From Lama guanicoe (taxonomy: Eukaryota): DNA of 64,000 nt. A model generated the notes under the pieces. The model searched no databases and was not told where the DNA came from. It saw nothing but the letters and a program-made list of their open reading frames with translations. The stretch is taken from positions 5,321,220 to 5,385,219 of the forward strand of contig MU054323.1 of NCBI GenBank assembly GCA_013239625.1. The letters are read 5' to 3'. The translations under genes and the position numbers were made by a program. Positions 11,431 to 23,995 of this stretch are shown in pieces (position 1 is the stretch's first letter; each line of letters starts with the position of its first letter).

Positions 11431-12509
11431 GGAAAATGAAGACACACCAAAATCCAGCTTATAAAAGCAAAAGAATTAGTAAAATGATATTTCACTTCCA
11501 AAAAATATTCACTAGTATCTGCTTAAAAAGAAACAGTTCCTTCAATGCTCTAAAGAAGTTAGCTTATAAATCATTCAATATTAAACCAAGGGCAGGGGGA
11601 GGAGGGATAAGCAAATTTGAATTATGGGAGCCTACAAGAATCGGAAATTGAACATAAATGAAGTATAACCGCCTCTGAAATGATAATTCTAGTTTACGGT
11701 AAAGTGGGATTGGATTAACAAACACCACCTCAGGATCAGAACTATTTTGCAAAGCAAAGTACACTAGCAAACAAATATGTGAAAGATGTTTACCCTTTAG
11801 GAGAGGACAGACGTAGGTGACTGCGACCCCGCTCCAAGCCCGTTTGTAAACAGCGATACTGTATTTCCACTGCTTCTCAGATTGCGGTCTAAACATTTGA
11901 CATCTTTAATGCTGTTCAAAGATATTAAACGTTGCAGGCATGTGAGAAAGGATATCCATCATTTCTGATGTGTCGCCGACATTGCCGCCAAATGTGCATT
12001 TGTGTGCAGCTATCTCTAATAGACTGCTGCCTTCCCGGCTGTTATATGGCTCCCCCACTTTGAATAATTTATTGTACCCCACATTATTGGCACCACTTTT
12101 GAAAGATGTGAGTGGAAAGGGGATTGTAATATATCACACTAAAAAATATAAGTCAGAGAAAACTCTAAATCAGTACGTTATTTTAAACAGCTTCTACTCA
12201 TTAGGGAGGAAACTTATGAATCCAAAGTAAAAATGCCTCGCAAATCTACTCAGCAAGCAAAGAGGAGTGGTAGAAGTGGGCTTGTCTGTTGCACCAGCAT
12301 TCTGGTGCTGCTCTGCCTGTGTCTTGTGCTCTCTGAGCAAAGTCAGAAGGTCTCCTCGGTCTTATTCTTTATTTTAATTTCATTTTATAGGGGAATAAAA
12401 ACAAATTAAAAACCCAATCGTCGCATCCTCCTGGCAGAGGCTATGCATTAGTTATCAGTGCTGTGGAGAGAGGTACCTGAGTGTCCTGTCCTGGGGTCTC
12501 ATCTTGACT

Positions 12510-12740
12510 GGCTCCTAATTAGATCTTCCTTTGTGAGGACAGATCTGGACCCACAGAGTGGGGCCAACAGGACCGCTGATTGGGAGACTTCAGCTCAGTG
12601 TAACTCAGGGAGAGTAAGAGCTGCTGAAATTAGAACTGGCTGCTCCAATGAGCAGTGAGTTCTCTGTCACTATTCGTTGATGAACACCTGGCAAAGATGC
12701 TCTAGACCGCTGAATTTGTAAAGGTTTGAAGCCATTAGAA
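12510..12740 (+). mobile_element. L3/CR1 LINE 3' fragment
   Basis: 'agagctgctgaaattagaactggctgc...gcagtgagttctctgtcact...gatgaacacctggcaaagatgctctag' resembles the L3 3' end. Confidence 0.55.
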
Positions 12741-13065
12741 ATGCGATAGAGCTATGAAATGCTTCTATGTGAAGATAGGTATACTGAACAAAATATTATA
12801 TAACATAGTACATAACATATTAAGGGCTCATGACCCCATTCCCCCCAACAATTGTTCAGAATAAGTTTCTACACGCAGAAACTTTAAATCTCTGACACCT
12901 CCCCCCGCCAGGGTCTCTGTCTGCTCTAATATTCTATTATTCCTTAGGGAATATTTTTAAAATAAAGGAGGATTAAAAGTGATTTAAAGTTATTCCATCC
13001 TGCCCTCTCTAATTAGTTATAAACTGGCAAAATGGCCCTGATTAATTGCAAGTGAAATAATTATA

Positions 13066-13279
13066 CAGTTCACCTTGAATAACATGGGTTTGAATGGTGT
13101 GGACCCACTTATACATGGATTTTTTTTTTTTTAGTAGTAAATACTGCATTACTATGGTATTCATTGGTGGTTGAATCTGCAGAGCTGGAACCACAGATAC
13201 AGAGGAATCGTGCACGGGGAGGGCTGACTCTAAGTTATATGCAGATTTTTGTCTGCTGGGGTCATTCAAGGGTCAACTG
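13066..13279 (+). mobile_element. Tigger2a-like (Tigger2a_Art-like) TcMar-Tigger non-autonomous DNA transposon
   Basis: TIRs CAGTTCACCTTGAATAAC ... GTCATTCAAGGGTCAACTG, TA on the left flank, internal 'tagtaaatactgcattact...ggttgaatctgcag'. Confidence 0.85.
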
Positions 13280-13609
13280 AATATGATTTTGGCTTGGTTT
13301 TCATGAGAGCCAGCGATGGAGACAAACTCACCAACACCACCACCTCTCTCCCTACGTCATGGGCGCCCATGCTAACGTGCTCTTTCTGGCACATTCACTG
13401 GACTTGCTGCCCACCAATTCTACCTCCCCTCTCACTTGTCCAAATTCAGTGCCTTCCACGTGCCCTCCCTCTGAGTTTCTTCTCTCGCTCAGAAGCCTTA
13501 CGTGGTATTTCAGGCTTTGCTCACCTCCCCTCCTCCAAATCCCTGCAAAACAGAGTCAGGTGCACTGCCTCACACATAATGATACCCTGTCCTACACTGT
13601 TAGGGTCTC

Positions 13610-13745
13610 TGTCTTGTATGTACGTCTCGGTTCTGAGAACAGATTGTGATGTTCTAGGTCATAGGTACCTAGTCAAGTTTTCCTCTGCTTTCCCACTATG
13701 TCCAAAACACACCTTAGGTACTTCCATTAACAAATACCACTTGAC
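13610..13745 (+). mobile_element. L2 3' end fragment
   Basis: 'agattgtgatgttctagg...taggtacttccattaacaaatac' resembles a degenerate L2 tail. Confidence 0.45.
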
Positions 13746-15089
13746 TAAAATTTATTTTTTGGCTTCTGTCTATGATGGTTTCACTGCATCTTTGAGAAAC
13801 AATAAAATCTCTGTGAAGGTAATTTAAAGAACAATCTTTTGAAAGAGAGCTAAGAAGTAAGGAGCAAGCACTGTTCAATATGCAAGAATCAATGAGAATT
13901 GAGAGCATTATATTTGAAAGGAATAATGATTAAGGGAAACTATAAGACTGGATTAAAGAGTTGAGAAAAGACTGATGAGAGAAAATAAACACATTGTAAA
14001 AGGTTTGTGACCTCATTTTAATCTTTTTTTTTTAAGCTGAAAAGAGTTGCCTCACCAAAATTATTTTTAAAAACATCTCTTGAACTTGGGCTCAAGGAAT
14101 CACTTGAAAAACACAGAGACTGCGTTAAATTCACTATGGTTATGATTGCCTTGTACCCACCCAGCCTCACTTAAATGGCCTATTGTCACCTTAGAAGTAA
14201 GGTTTCACCTTCCTTAGTTATTAATACTTTCAGTTGCCATTGTATTAAACAAGAGGTCAGTACCACTGGAGAATATCGAGTCAGTTGTGAATTCTCAGCC
14301 TCAGTGTCTAATTAGAGGTAGTGTATGGAATGCCTTCCTAATTACTTCAGAGTCATTGGGGTATTTCATTAGTCTCAGTTTTTATCTTGTAACTTCATTC
14401 ATAAAATATGTTCCTTATCAATTAGCTCCACCGGGAACAGACCACTGGCCCAGTGCATCCTGCTCTCTGTGTGATCTCTCAGCCCCGAAGGAGAAGGTCA
14501 GAATTCCTCTACATAAGAGCACTTTCAACTCTATTACCACACTCAGAACACCATGAAGGGAAAAGGGGAAAAAAAGCAAGATATTAGGTTGCTTACAAGA
14601 TAAAACAATCTTCCCACATTTTGTCAAAAATATTAGGTGAAATTGTTATCTTCAAAGAAATTAAACAAGTGTCATTTATACAAAAATTGATCAGAGGTTC
14701 AGTCTGTTCTTCTCCTGGGACCAACAGAAGCATGGTCCCCAAAGATGTTTTAAAAAGAGAAATTATAAAATATTCTCTTTTTGATTATGAGATTCTATCC
14801 ATACATATAGTCAGTCTGAAGAGAGATACCCAGGTCACACTAAAAAGAAAGATGGTTTCCGAGTAGAAGAATGCTGAATTTAAGCTGAGAACGTGTCTGA
14901 AGAACATTAAGGCAGGAAGATAATGTCACAGAGACACACACAGGCATTGGCAATGCCATCCAGTATGTAGTGTCCTCTCCCAGGGCTCAGGCACACTGTG
15001 CCCCACTGCAGGCTTTTATGGACATGGTAGAGCATGCACTACGTCTTATCCTGCAGTAAACTTTGTTATTCTAATTCCATGCTCACAAA

Positions 15090-15375
15090 GAAACTTCAGG
15101 TAACTATTTTGGCTTCCAAGTTTCCTTGAACCAATAGCAAAAGCATAAGACGGCAAGTGGAAATATTCCAGGCCACTTAAAGCCTCCTCTGTGAAGTGGC
15201 ACACTGTCACGTTCACCCCTTCTATTGGTCAAAGCAAGTTGAAGAGCCAAATGCATTATCAAGGGGAAGGGACACAAACTCTGCTCTTTTAGTAGGAGGA
15301 ATTGCAAAGTTCCATGGTAGAGGACTTGAATAGAGAGAAACGTAGAATCAGGGCCATTAATGCCATCTACCACGT
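15090..15375 (-). mobile_element. MaLR LTR (MLT1J/K-like)
   Basis: Minus strand reads '(c)gtggtagatggcattaatggccctgattc'; plus strand has 'gtggcacactgtcac...ctattggtcaaagcaagt'. Confidence 0.75.
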
Positions 15376-18300
15376 GTGGCCAAGTGCACAGCTACAGAAA
15401 TCCCAGTGGCCTCAGTGGCATGAGTGATATTTTTGAACCTTTATTCTAGTATCATGATTACCTTGACTCAGCCACAAAGTTGCAAATTTTCTGTATCTCC
15501 TAGTTCAGATTTCCAAAAGGAAAAATCAGACTGCATGAGGCTGGCTCATCAGGAAGTTCCCTTGTTCAATCAGGGGCACATTCCACTAAAAGAGGATACA
15601 AGCAGAGAGGCAGTGATCACAGACTACCCAGGATAGTCTTCTTTTACTTGCCATCGTCTTCTGTTGGCAATTCTCTTGGTTTCTCAATGTTTGACTTCTC
15701 TTGGGGACAGCTTCCTCTTGTGAGGGGCACATCTGCTTTTCCAAGACTTTTATAGTCATAGAAATCAGTTCCTTTTACAGTGTTTCACAATTTCTTACTG
15801 ATCACCTGACCATGGCCAGAAAATGATCTAATTTTTATCTCGATAACATCTTAATACTCTCCATGGGATGCATTATGTCTTTTGCCACTCATTGATCCCT
15901 GACCTGACCACAGATCTGGCCCCGAATTCAGCCTGCTGCTCACCTCTTTAATGGACGACTTTGGTCCTCTAGAGAACAGAGAAGCAGAATTTGGATGACT
16001 CAACTCAGATACAACCAGAAGTAAACAGATGGTGGGGTGGTGGCACCATCTTTTTTTCACATCATTTCTTTGAAGGAGCAAATTTTTCCACATCAAACTT
16101 CTATAATATACACATTACCTAGAGAAAGCCTACAATCCAAGAGAAAAATGAGGTCAAAATCAAAAATGAAGAAAATATTTATCCCTACTAGAGTGTTTCT
16201 GCTGCTGTTCAAATGAGAAAACACCCACAAAACACAGGGAACATTTGAATGTGTTGATGGAGGTTGTTGATGGATCATATATGTTGGCAGAATACATTTC
16301 AATCTATTGTCATTATCTTGAAGGAAATGGTACCATTTTAGTTGACAACCTGCAGAATGAGCAATGAGATGCAGGTCCTATTTAAGGCATAATTTCGCTT
16401 TTGGAAAGACACTGGGGACACAGCAGAGGAACCCTAAGTGTGAGCTTCCCTCCACTTCGCTGAGCCAATTACAGAAAACACAGACATAACCTAATGTCTA
16501 AGCACTATGTACATGATATATTGTTATTTTGTTCAAGAGCCCGAGGCAAAAGAAAAATCAAAATAATTTTTACAATAGCACCTGTTTGAAAATAAGCAAT
16601 TTATTCCATCCTTATAAAATATTTATAGCTTTCAAATGGATGTCCTTGAATAAGGCCATTTCATTTCTGTTCTCCACTGAGGATCGGTTAGTTAAAGAAA
16701 ACTCTAGACCTATTTCCTGTTAATTTAATACAGTTCCAAGCCTTTTGTGAAAAAGCAGCCACCCAATAACTTTATTTACTAAACTTCATTCTTAATGATT
16801 CTGACTTAGTAGTTGTACAAGCAACAGCTCACGCATCGTTTCACCCTACTGAATGGAGAGGAATCACTTCTATGAAGTAAAATAATTTGATTTCCATCGA
16901 GAAAATGTATTTCAAAAAAAAGCCCAAGAGATTGAAGGAAACTATTACTTTTTATTACCCATATCATAATGTTCATCTTAATTACTGCTAAAGCAGGTTC
17001 ACAGATGTAGTCTAATTGAATGTATAACTTTTTAATTGAAAAGGGAAAAAGTATGAGATTTGAGTTCTAACAATAGGGTGAGACTCAAGTTAAATCCTTC
17101 CCTTCTAAAAAGCTTTCCTGGGAGAACTGAGGTTCTTAAAAATGTCCTAATTTTCAGGTATCAATGTTGCACAAATAAAGTATTTGGGAATCTGGAGACA
17201 TGAGTCAGTGTTGTGTTTTCCATTACAGCCAGGGTTACAGGCAGATCAACGTGACCAGACACTGTGAATAATGTGGCGAACCAGCTGAGACTACGCTTAA
17301 CTCTGCCTCTGATATTTTGACCCATCTCCAGACAAAAGATACCACATTTTATGTAAATAACAGAAGACAGGGTCTTCCCTTACCTCACATGGATGGCCCA
17401 GTGACCATTCTGTCTTCATGAACACCAGTGAGGGGGTTTCCTATAGTTCCCTGGTCTCTAAGCCTGCATCAGAAGGATTCTTTAATAGAAGGGCAAGTTT
17501 CTTGGACACTTACGCCAACAATACCAATACTCTGGGTCCACTGAAATTCTGCTTCCTGACAAGAATAAGCATCCAGAAAATAAACTCGGCTGTGTCCTCC
17601 CTTCTCTATATTAAAAAAAGCAGGGATTCCTAGGAGTCTATCTGAACTGACTTGGAAGAAATGGGAGTCAATTAAGGGCCCGAGGTCTTTCGTTCTATCC
17701 CTTATATGCCAAAGCTTTAACCTTCTGTTTATACTCACAAATGGCAAATAATGTCCTATCTATTTTTGGTAGCCGAAACTTTTAACCATTGTACTACGGA
17801 CTGAGGGAAAAAACCCTCCTCCTAGTATTATGGCATTATTGTTATACCTTCCATCTGTAATTGAACAGTATTTCCTACATCTGTTTTCTTTTTCCACGTG
17901 AAATTATGCTATGTTTCCCTGAATGTACTACAATAGAACATGCAATGGCTAAACTTACCGAAAGAACATCTGAGGTTCTCTGAAGCAAAAAATCCGCATG
18001 TGTATTTGCAACAGCATCCTTATGGTTTAGATTCTTGTTATCTGGGCATGCATAGGAACATGCAACTTTTTTCAGACATTCCATTTTTGCCAGAACATCA
18101 ATTAGTCTGACTCACCAAAGCCCCTCTTTCTATTCTGTATCATGTATTGAGCATGTTTCTGTTTATACACCAGAGAACACCACTCGAACTTCCACTGAAA
18201 ACAGCCTCTGAATACATAGATGGTAATCACATGCTTAGACAGCAAAGGAAGCCTTCATGACTATTTTTAATGTATCTATAAGCACTTCAGATGTCTTTTT

Positions 18301-18971
18301 GGAAACCAGCTGCAGAATCAATGTGCTCAAAATGGTATCGTTCAGCCACTGTTACATACCAGCTCCCATTAATGGCTTAAAGGCCAGGTTCTACGCTTAC
18401 ACCGAGGCAGAAGGCGTAATTCGACTTTAAGGCTGTGGGTTATAATTCAAGTAGGACTGTATTAGCATGAAGGAACATAAGCTGCTTTTGCTGAATGCAA
18501 ACATGGTCCCCAAACCGAGGATGTAAATTAGTATTACAATGAAAGCCGCCAGAAGGACAGAAGTTGGACGTGCTCTCCTCTCTGAGCAGCAGGAGACTGT
18601 TCAGGTCCTGCTGCTTTGAAAACCTTTCTCCCCTCATGCAGGCTGCCCTGCTAAGAGAAATCTATTTGAATATTTTGGCAATCATAGAGGCCCCCACATA
18701 AATTATGGATACAGAAATGCAGAAGACAGTCTAACAAATGGAACACGGTGGAATCTGTTTTTCCGCCGCCATATGGTGTCGACAGAATGCCACTTTGTTT
18801 CTCCGGGAAACAGCTCATCATTAAAAAATAAATAGCACCTTTTCTGTGGGGAAAGAACCCACAGTCATTATTTTGAAAAATAACAAACAGGAAACTCTGT
18901 CCTTTAATTTTACAATCTTCCCCCCTCTTACATTATGATTATTGCCACACACAGACTTTTGTTTTCCCCAG

Positions 18972-19039
18972 GAAAACTCACGATGGCTTGTACCTTGGTA
19001 CACATGAACTCAACATCATATTTTTCTAGATTTGGGGAG
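18972..19039 (+). other. Candidate spliced exon (68 nt)
   Basis: Acceptor 'gacttttgttttccccag|' and consensus donor 'GAG|GTAAGT' in non-repeat sequence; no transcript evidence. Confidence 0.3.
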
Positions 19040-19559
19040 GTAAGTCCAAGCACAACATATACCATGAAAAATCAGAGCATTTCATTATATATCTTCTTTC
19101 CTTTGGAAAAACTATTCTTTGAACCAAACATATGGAATTTACTTATAGTTTGATTTCATGCTTGTAGGTATAATGCATGTAAAACATCCTGATTTATGTA
19201 AAGTTAAAAAATTTCCAAACTGAATTCTGATGCCTTTGTTATTTATGGAATGAAGTTGTTACTGGAATTCATTCTATAATGTATTTGATAATTTACCCTC
19301 TCTCGAATGCAGGAAAATTTTGTCACATTCCATAATTAAATGTAATGCAAAGTCTATTTGTAGCTTTCTCCCTCCTACACCTCTTCTCTGGCTTTGTCCC
19401 CTTTGGCACAGGAAAAACCTTGCTTACAAGCCTCTATGTCATCTTTCTAGAAATGAGACTGCTTAAAATTTGTATCTGTGTGCTATCTGTTAACAAATCA
19501 CTGTATTTTCAAATCAGCATAATTCCCAAAGTGTTTTTGCAAACATTATTTTATTTGAT

Positions 19560-19695
19560 GTTCAAATAGCACTAAGATGAGGTCAGAAAGCTTACCAAAC
19601 AAATGGAAAGAGGAGGTGAAATCAGCAACCTAGATATTAGTATCAGCGTTGAACCCTGGTCTTCTGACCCCCAGGTGAGGGCTGTTCCTAGAGCA
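19560..19695 (-). mobile_element. MIR fragment
   Basis: 'ttgaaccctggtcttctgacccccagg' is an antisense MIR motif. Confidence 0.45.
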
Positions 19696-21044
19696 CTGGG
19701 TTAGCTGAGGCAGAGGGACAGAAGGCCACCTTCATGAGTATTGCTCTTTCGTTGTGGTCTCTGAACATGTGGCCACATTGGCCTGGTTACTGATAATGCA
19801 ACATCTATCTACCTACTTCCTTCCAATATCAGGCATATATTTTAAGATACAACAGAGAAGTTAAAGGTTTCTAAAAGTCACTTACCATAGAGCAAAAAGA
19901 CCACACACACACGCACATCTGTAAATGTTAGGCTGTGCTTCAAATGCGTATCTTTAGAGGTTCTGATGCCAGAATTATCTACTTCCATTTGGTGAACTCT
20001 TTGAAATAGGATTTGGGGTCAGAAAAAAAAATTTGGTTGAGCTTAATGAGCTGCTTTTTATTATGACATTATTTTGAAACAAGCAATAACTTTATACTAT
20101 GTTGTCCTGTTGGAAGGACGACCAAACATTTTTCACCAAACCAGGTAAATGAGGAGATCACAATATCCGGTCCTCTTGGGGACCAGAAGTCAAGAACAGA
20201 AGACGTGTGTTCCCTCTTCCTCCCAGGCTGTCTGTCAACACTAGATTCCGTTCTGCAATAGAACGCTGAGTCTCTGCCAAATGAAGAGAGTCCTCCCAGC
20301 CTCATCTGATTGAATTCGTTTCTATCACTTCTAAAGAAAGCTTATTCAAAAAGGTAACCCATCTCTGGGCACATATGTTATTTTGTTTCTTTGCTTCAAC
20401 TCTTCCAGCTTTGTCCTTCAATACTCCCTCAATTCACATTTTGGATGGGGATTTTGCGAATTAAGAAGCAGGAAAATATTCTACGCCTGCAAAGTTCTAT
20501 GGCATATGCTTCGTTCCTTGTTACTGGAAACACTGTCCTCAAGAAATTGTATACAACTGGCAGATAATTCCTCATTGTTGCTGACAGCTTGTCACTAGCG
20601 GACGCCGATGGCTACGTGACGTAAGTGCATCAAGCCAAAATGCCATAACATGGAGCAAATACCAAAGTAAGGATTCTGGAAAAGGTAGCGAAGCTACTGT
20701 ATTGCTCAGCGTTGCTTGACGGTTGCTCATTCTCAAGTCTATGGCACGGTTTGAACATATCATTTGTATGATAACCACCCAGACAGAGGACTGAGTGAAA
20801 GAAATACAGCTTTGGAAGATGTAGCTGATGGAGAGTGAGAAAAGAATATGCTTTATGGTATTACTAAATGAAAGCCAGTCACCAGTCACCTACAGTCAGC
20901 CTCGCATGGTTTTAAGTATGAGTTCCAGCCCTAGAGATAAAGATTTGAGGGAAAAGATAAGGAGAAGGCAGTCTGAGAAGAAGCCAGACTGTATGATTTA
21001 AGATGGCCCCTGGTGAAAAGAAAAAAGAATTGAGATTGCAGTAA

Positions 21045-21200
21045 CTATAATTAATTCAAATTAAACCAAATGAAAGGGTTAGTTCTTCAGTGGTAATAGC
21101 CACATTTCAAGTGCTCAACAACCACATGTCGAGTGGGTGCTGTGTTGGTGAGCGCAGGTGTGGAATACTTCCAACGTCACAGAATGTTCTATGGGACGGT
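21045..21200 (-). mobile_element. MER3-type hAT-Charlie element
   Basis: 'tagccacatttcaagtgctcaacaaccacatgt...cttccaacgtcacagaatgttctatgggac' is the MER3 pattern in reverse. Confidence 0.85.
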
Positions 21201-21654
21201 CATGTTACAGTGGGTTAAACATCTCTACGTGATTCTCTCATCCATCCTAAGACTCCTTTTATTGAGCAGACAATTTCCAAGGGAAGCATAATGCAGGTAA
21301 GAGAGATTTCGTGTACAAACTCTAGATCTGATTTCCCTCCTAAGGCTTGCTCTCAGTTTCTCGCCTCGTAAAACAGAAGCCACGGGGACAGAGATAGTAT
21401 GGAGCTGTTTCTGTTTCTAGAAGAAATAAGCCTAAGATATTATCTAGCTTTTAAGTGCTCAGTTAAGTGGTTTAATTATACTAATAGTCGCGCTCACTAG
21501 ATTGTGTCTATAAATTTAGTTCTGTGAAGCAATTGTCAAATCATCTTTTCTCTCATTATGTGGGGGAAGAGTTTCTACCTTTATATTTGAGTTGCAAAGA
21601 GCAACAACAATTACGAACATGAATGTTCATTGATTATTTAATATGAACCAGGGA

Positions 21655-21870
21655 CATATATGTCCAGATTCAAGTTCTGCTAGTGCTCTAGACTTCCCAG
21701 TGATCTGTGCACCCTTGGATCATTACTGTACCTCACTAACCTTAATTTCCCTCATATGCAAACTGGAGAAGGTAATGGCCCTTGTGAGAACTAAATTAAC
21801 ACTGTACATAAAGCTCTTAGGACACTGGCTAGCACACAGTAAGTACTTACTTACTGTTAGCCATTTTTAT
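21655..21870 (+). mobile_element. MIR SINE
   Basis: 'ccttaatttccctcatatgcaaactggag...gtgagaactaaatt...gcacacagtaagtactt'. Confidence 0.8.
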
Positions 21871-21877
21871 TACCATT

Positions 21878-22095
21878 TTCCAGGCATTTTAATAAATACT
21901 TTATATCTATTATCTTATGTTGATTCTTATAACAACCTCATTATGTATATATAAAACCATTACCAACATTGAACAAATGGAAAAACTGAAATTTGGAGAG
22001 GTTAAGGGATTTCACCAATTTAACAGAGGAGACAAGAGGTGGAGTCAGGGTTTGAACCAGGCACCCTTCCCTCAGAGCCTGAGCAACTCACCTTG
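21878..22095 (-). mobile_element. MIR SINE (tail-to-tail with the previous copy)
   Basis: 'tcttataacaacctc...gaaaaactgaaatttggagaggttaaggg...agtcagggtttgaaccagg'. Confidence 0.8.
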
Positions 22096-22380
22096 ACCAT
22101 GGCTCCAACCTTGTGGGCTTATTATGGGGGTTTTAGGAGGGAGGGTGGGTAAAGCCTTTAGCACATATTTTTTCAGCATTTATGATTATGCTGAAGCTCA
22201 TTAAGTAATGTTTTACCGGGTGATAGAAATTTCAGTGTTTTGTAGTGAGAAGGTGGTTGCAGTGTTACCAAAGTGGAAGCTATATCCAATGTTTTAATGT
22301 TACAGAGCAGTTTAGAGCCATCTAGTAATGCATCCTTTATGGCCAATATGCCACTTCTCCTCTCAGATTTCACTCTGCTT

Positions 22381-22490
22381 TAATAATAACAATAACAATA
22401 ATAAGGATGGAGGAAGAAACAGGAGAAAATAAGGCAGAGACGAAGTGGAGGAGGGGGAGGAGGAAGAAGAAGAGGAAGAAGGAGGAGGAA
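22381..22490 (+). repeat. (AAT/AAC)n followed by a (GAG/GAA)n purine tract
   Basis: 'taataataacaataacaataataa' and 'ggaggagggggaggaggaagaagaagaggaagaaggaggaggaa'. Confidence 0.9.
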
Positions 22491-23399
22491 TTCTATTCAA
22501 GCAAACCAGTAAGCAAGTGCTACCCCAAAACATGGGCAATGACAATGCGTTTTCTTTGAAACTGTGAGCTGTCCTTTGTGGAAGAGTCTTAAATGAAATG
22601 GAAGATGGTCACTGTGTACAGGGAGCTGTCCCCAGATGTAGGACTGAATTAAGAGTTCTGAACTTGGAGAACTACACCCAGCCTTGGCTGTGCACACTCC
22701 CTGCAGATCTGGCATGGAATCACATCAAAGGAAATGCATTGCAGACCACAATTTTCCAGCATGTTGCTCTAGCCTCCAGCAGCCCGTTAGTATTAGCATA
22801 AAGCAACATAAGTCATTTTGGAAGGCACAGTGGGGGAGACAGCATTTTTTATTGCTCCTTTTCAGAAATGTGTTAAACTACAGATCTGGATACTTAAGCT
22901 GACTGTTTCTGCACTTCACCTATGATAAGGCAAACTCTTTAGGAACCAAACTCAAATCAAAGAAGCCACTGGCTTAGCCACTGAGGAAAAATAAAAGGCA
23001 GTGATGAGAGACTGGAAATTTGGGATGAGGCTATCAGATTGTTATAGTGAAAAAGGATAAATGGCCTTCCTGCAACATGAAACATATTTCCTATAGCAAG
23101 GAGAATGAGTAAACCTAACTTCTCAATCTTTCCAAGCAGTATAGAACTGACTTAAAAAAAAAAAAACCAGCACAGATATTCTAAAGATTTCAGACAGCAG
23201 TTACCTAGAGGCTGAGAAGAGCCATTAGTACATGTGATGATATTTTCAGGATGTAAGAAAAATGTGACTGGTTAAAACAACAGATAAAAACAAACTGTCT
23301 GAATTTCAAGAAAAATTAAAGTTAATCCTGTTCAGAGATTCCAAATTTCAATTTCCCAAATTCCCTTGGGAGATACAGGTTAATAAGAACTCACGTAGA

Positions 23400-23640
23400 A
23401 AGTGAAGCAAAGATCTTAGAGGCCCATAAACTAAATGTTAAGACTACAGTGGGACGGTGCATGACAAAATCTGAAGTACTCTTGGGGTGTGTTAAAAGAG
23501 GTAGACTATCCAGGTTATGGGAGGTGACAGTCAGAGTAATATGTTCTGTTCTGGAGAGATATAATCCAGAGATCAGAGAGCTCATACTCAGAGAGGTGAA
23601 AAATATTAGGATGACGGGAAGGTGCATGTCCCCAAAAGAA
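23400..23640 (+). mobile_element. L3/CR1 LINE ORF2 fragment
   Basis: Translation KSEVLLGCVKRGRLSRLWEVTV...VLERYNPE resembles the CR1 ORF2 motif KANxILGCIKRSIxSRSREVIVPLYSALVRPHLE. Confidence 0.65.
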
Positions 23641-23869
23641 GTTGTGTGGGCAAGATTTCGGAACCTGGGAAATATGAGCTGGGCAAGAGATGCTTGAGAG
23701 CAAAAGAGAAGAACTTACATCGTATGTATGGACACTTTTTACTGTATTATTGCATTCTCACGCACACCCTGGATCACCGTCTGATACATCCCCTTCCTCT
23801 GAAGTTGTACAAGCTGGCTTAGCCTGACTTACTTTGGGGCCGTATATTGTTTCACTTTGTATTTTTTGT

Positions 23870-23995
23870 AAGTAATCTCCCCAAATCACCTGTGAACTTC
23901 CTCAGGCCAGGGATCCCGTCTTGTTTAGCTCTGTATTTCCCACTGCCAGTGGGACTAACTCAGGAGGCCCTCGGTGACTACTTGTCGATTTCCTC
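23870..23995 (+). mobile_element. L2 3' end fragment
   Basis: 'ctgtgaacttcctcaggccagggatcccgtcttgtttagctctgtatttccc'. Confidence 0.6.

Noticed and set aside
13249..13827. Longest ORF in the track (192 aa, +)
   Set aside because: It has a non-ATG start, begins inside the Tigger2 element, runs through L2-like sequence, and shows no recognisable domain.
15941..16121. Minus-strand exon-like signals (GAG|GTGAGC donor with two possible acceptors)
   Set aside because: The long form has stops in all frames and the 25-nt form is too short to distinguish from chance.
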